Part shown: piece by piece, positions 59,892 through 64,000 of the stretch
How positions within the stretch are numbered: position 1 is the stretch's first letter
Layout of the letters: the number at the start of each line of letters is the position of its first letter
Assembly (NCBI RefSeq): GCF_052425735.1
Contig: NC_135760.1
Location: 434,001-498,000 of the forward strand
Source of the DNA: Oculina patagonica
Taxonomy: Eukaryota
DNA length: 64,000 nt
Direction: 5' to 3'
Made by a program: the position numbers and the translations under genes
The notes under the pieces: model-generated
The model's database searches: none
Told to the model about the DNA's origin: nothing
The model's input: the letters and a program-made list of their open reading frames with translations, nothing else

Positions 59892-62628
59892 GCGTAAAGT
59901 GGGGATATAGGGCTGGTGGAGGTGTGACGTAGGAACAAGAATACTTGAATACGACTACTAAGAATACGAATAAAACGCCGTGGTGAAAAAACGATTTTGA
60001 TTCTTTATTCGATGTTCGTATTAGGTTCCCACGTTGGTTTCAAAATTTCTGTTTCTCTTTAACATTTCATCAATTCCCAAGAATAGTCGGACAAGTATGT
60101 TAATAAGTAGGGAGAATTTGTATTTTGTCATGTTTTACGTCATATAAATTTAACATATGTGATACCAGAATCTCCATACATATAACGAGCTTGCTTATAT
60201 TCATGTCATGTGTTATGGACAAAAAAAAAACACCCAAAACCAATAATTTTTCAATCATCCCAGCGTTTTAAATAAAGAAAGCATCTGTTGAGGTGTTTCT
60301 GAAATTTTTTCTTTGTTCGGTCGGCACTAACGTTGTGTGTTGCCAACAAAACGTCACTTAAAACAGTAAATTCCACGGCGTTGAATAAAATTAATTCACA
60401 TCGAAACAGGAACACACTCAAAAATTAAAACAAGGCAGCTGCGAGGTGTTAATTTTTGTCCGTGTGGAATAATAATTTGAATTTATGTTGCTAGCAACGA
60501 GTGGACACTACAAGAGGAGCTTTGGATTAGGTCAATATTTCTCAGGTAATTTCAATGTAGTTAATCACTTTTAAAAGCAAGCCTCATTTATTCAAGCGTT
60601 TTTTAAAAACCTTTTAAGGCTTTTTATATATCCACAAAAGAAAAACCACTTTGACTTTTGCAACACACATCCAAATAGAACACTGGCATGTCTCTGATGA
60701 TACTGAAACAAAACCAAACGAAACGACTGAACGAAACGGTTCGCCAGCTTTCAATAAGTAATGGCGGAAAACGCGCAAGACTTGTAAAATGAGGTGCTCC
60801 ATTTCTCGGTGATTGAAAGGGTTGACGCAAACGTTCGATTCTCATTAGCAAATAAAGTTTCGGCGAAGAAAATAGGTCTCCAGTAACGCGACGAATTACA
60901 ATGGATATTTTTCCCGACTGGTATATCTTGACAGCGTTCAGCATGCTAAAAAATAATAATTTAAGATAGCGTCTCTAAAAGCAGTCTATGTTATAGCTAT
61001 AAAAAGTTTAAAATCACACTTTTGGACAAGCTGAGGTCAGTAAAATGACAAAAAAGCGAGAGGAGTTCGCCCCCCTTTCGTGTAAAGGGGAAATAATTAT
61101 GTAGGTATTTATGTATGTAAATAAAAGAGGGGATTAGAAACTGATCTGGAAAACAAAAATCAAGCGGTTTGCTAAAATAAAAAGCCAAAAGTTTAAATAA
61201 TCATGAATTTACTAATTCTGGCAAACATAGCCATCTTTAATATATTCTTTGAGATTCGCAAACTAGAAATTCAAACAACGCCCTCTTTAGCAAAACTTTG
61301 TTACTAGGTTTGCTCCAGACAACGTTTATCCTACACTACTAATGTGTTGGGGTTTTTTTACACTAAAGCAACCCCAAGATAGCCCAGCAGACCAATTTAG
61401 AATTAACGATTGCTCGCGATAAACAGGTGCCACTCTCAAGAAATTAACGGTCTAACTAATTGTGGTTATTGTCACTGGGTGAATAACTGAAATATAATAT
61501 ATGGTATCCATGGGATCGCTGCTGGTGCCGCCGTAACCATTGTTATTTTTTCACTTAATTTGTCGTAACAAATGCATTTGAAATTCTCATAAAAACCAAA
61601 AGTGAAACAGCTTATCTGTTGAACAAGCTATATAGTTATAGTTATAGTCTCATGTAGAAGAAAAATAAAAGAGAGGATAAGAAACTGATCTAGATAGAAA
61701 CAGATCTAGAAAACAAAAATCCAGCTATTTGCCAAAATAAGAAGCTTAAAGCTTGAATAATCATGAATTTAGTATTTCTACAAAAAAAAAAACAAAGCCA
61801 CCGTTCATATCTTCTCTGAAACTTGCGAACAGGAAATTCAAACAAAGTCCTCTGGCCAGTCACAAAGTACGACAATACAGTGAACCAATCAAAACTCAAA
61901 GTAAATACAGGAAGTCGGCAAGAAGCGCGGGAAAACGTGTGCGAAGGAGCCACGATTGGTTTTAGGTTTACTTCTGATTGGAACAAATTCTGAAATTCTA
62001 CCTCGATTCTACAGTGAAAACCGCTGTGTGTTCATAACACCGTCGGCTGAACGACTGCACAATGATAAAAACAACACCATCACAGGATTTGAGACATCAT
62101 ATTAAAAAATAATAATATAAAATTAAGCCCTTTTTACGATTAATTCGACAAGTGGCTGAGTTAGAAGGGAAAATTTACTACAAATAAAACACTTTTCGCT
62201 GCAGAGACAAAAGATTACAATGATAGAATGGACGGCAAAATTATAAGAGCATATTTATTTATTGCAATTTTCTGGGACAATTATGTCCAAGGGGGAAAGG
62301 TGAAAATATGAAAAGTAATAGAACAGACCAATTTTCAGCCGTGTTTCGTTGCTAGATGCTAATTACCATGGGTAATTAGTGGATTCACCACAGCTGCTCC
62401 GGCGCGTGCTTGGAAATATTATTCAATTACGATTTTCTCAACTGAAACCCCTTTATCATTTTCTAATCACCAGGAAAAAAGACATCTGAACCAGCCTTAA
62501 GACCAGCATGATGAAACAAGTATAGAAGATTGTTGGAAACGTCTTTCCTGACAGCCCTGCCCTTTTAAAAGGAAACTGATAAAAAAGTAAAGGAACACTG
62601 AGTCTTGTCATAACAAGCTTAAAACGAA

Positions 62629-63552
62629 ATGGCGAACTCAACAAAAGATGAAAACAACATTACAGACCAAGAGTTATTTTGCACGACAGGTCTTGGAACA
62701 CATCAGAAGACATTTATTTCAGCATTTAATATTCCTCTCTCCATCACCGCATTTCTAGGGAATGTACTCATCATTGCTGCTCTTCAAAAAGTGTCGTCCC
62801 TTCATCCACCATCAAAAATTCTGCTTGGTTGCCTTGCCAGCACTGATCTCTGTGTGGGTCTCATAACACAACCTCTTTACGTTTCTATGAAAATGTCTCC
62901 AGAACACTCCAAATATTGCCTCTATCTTAAAATCCTTTTTGAGACTATAGGTTCCATGTTTTGTGCAGTATCTTTGTTAACAATGACTGCAATAAGTATT
63001 GACAGACTTCTCGCCCTGAGGTTGCGACTTAGATACAGACAGGTAGTAACTTTGATGAGAGTGCGGCTTGTTGTTGTTTCCTTTTGGCTCTTTAGTGCTT
63101 CTGTTGCAGCTATAGTGTTTTACAACTTTCTCATTGCTTCAAGCATCGCCTGCATTATAGTGTTATTGTGCATAGTAACCTCAACCTTCTGTTATACGAA
63201 AATCTATCTTACACTTCGCCATCACCAAACTCAAGTGCAAGACCATGTTCACCAAGGACAACAGAATGGAGGAGGAATTGCACTGAATATAGCACGATAC
63301 AGAAAGACAGTGTCTAGTGCACTGTGGATACAGATGACATTACTGGCTTGTTATCTTCCATATGCTATATTCGTTGGAATAATTGCAGTCACCGGATTAA
63401 CTAAATCATCTCTCGACATCGCTTGGGCTATAACAATATCTCTGCTTTTGTTAAACTCGTCCATTAATCCATTACTGTATTGTTGGAAGATGAGGGAAGT
63501 GCGACAAGCAGCGAAGGAGACAATCAGACAGTTTTGCTGCTTTTCAAATTAA
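62629..63552 (+). CDS. Intronless class A GPCR, copy 6
   Basis: 307-aa paralogue with the same motifs. Confidence 0.95.
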   Translation: MANSTKDENNITDQELFCTTGLGTHQKTFISAFNIPLSITAFLGNVLIIAALQKVSSLHPPSKILLGCLASTDLCVGLITQPLYVSMKMSPEHSKYCLYLKILFETIGSMFCAVSLLTMTAISIDRLLALRLRLRYRQVVTLMRVRLVVVSFWLFSASVAAIVFYNFLIASSIACIIVLLCIVTSTFCYTKIYLTLRHHQTQVQDHVHQGQQNGGGIALNIARYRKTVSSALWIQMTLLACYLPYAIFVGIIAVTGLTKSSLDIAWAITISLLLLNSSINPLLYCWKMREVRQAAKETIRQFCCFSN

Positions 63553-64000
63553 CTATCTGGTGTACTTAACAATAAGTATCCCAAGTTAAAAGCAAGCCAC
63601 AAAAATGCAATTTGTAAAGAAAAACAACAAAACAGCAACAGCACGAACACAAACAACCCCCTTGATATCGATGCTGTACATGAAAGGAGGGAAGCAGTTT
63701 AATCTGGTCAATGAAAATACGGACTTTCTCTGGGCAAGATTTTTAGGAGTAAGTTCTTCCATGGCAATGCAAAGTGAAGCAGACAGGTGACGGAAACAGA
63801 GATCATTCACTACAGGATGTGTAGTAGCCTAGACCTACCCCGACCTTTCATAGTAACGTGACATCAAAGAGACCCAATGGGTATCTCGCGATGGAAAGTC
63901 ATGTATTCAAGGGACAAAGCACAAACCGATGGCAGCGACTGGTACGAAATTGTGTGAAGTTAATTTGCCATTGTAAGACAAGCACACATATTAAACGTTG

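Overview
Eukaryotic, intron-rich, AT-rich animal DNA. It is most likely an anthozoan (stony coral), inferred from the SINE/MITE complement, Penelope-like elements and the intronless GPCR family. Genes were built by hand from GT-AG boundaries and reading frame: (1) the 3' nine exons of SPO11 (+, 683-3931); (2) complete VPS28 (-, 5249-12289); (3) a two-exon GT14 core-2/I-branching GlcNAc transferase (+, 12621-18226), head-to-head with VPS28, whose intron holds a long inverted pair of Penelope-like 3' ends with hammerhead-like motifs; (4) CIMIP2C/FAM166C (-, 18877 to probably 23008, spanning a 500-N gap), head-to-head with (5) GPS2 (+, 23158-28354), which has a long Q-rich tail and a 3' array of repeats of its own last codons; (6) a long disordered protein ending in a RAD51-interacting motif (RAD51AP2-like; +, 31926-38549) with one frameshift; (7) the 3' five exons of a 26/29-kDa-type cathepsin-L-like protease (-, 39184-41719); (8) six tandem intronless class A GPCRs (+, 43149-63552), apparently nested antisense in an intron of that protease. 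Two of the GPCRs are N/C chimeras made by unequal crossover. All family calls are by motif recognition; no database search was run.
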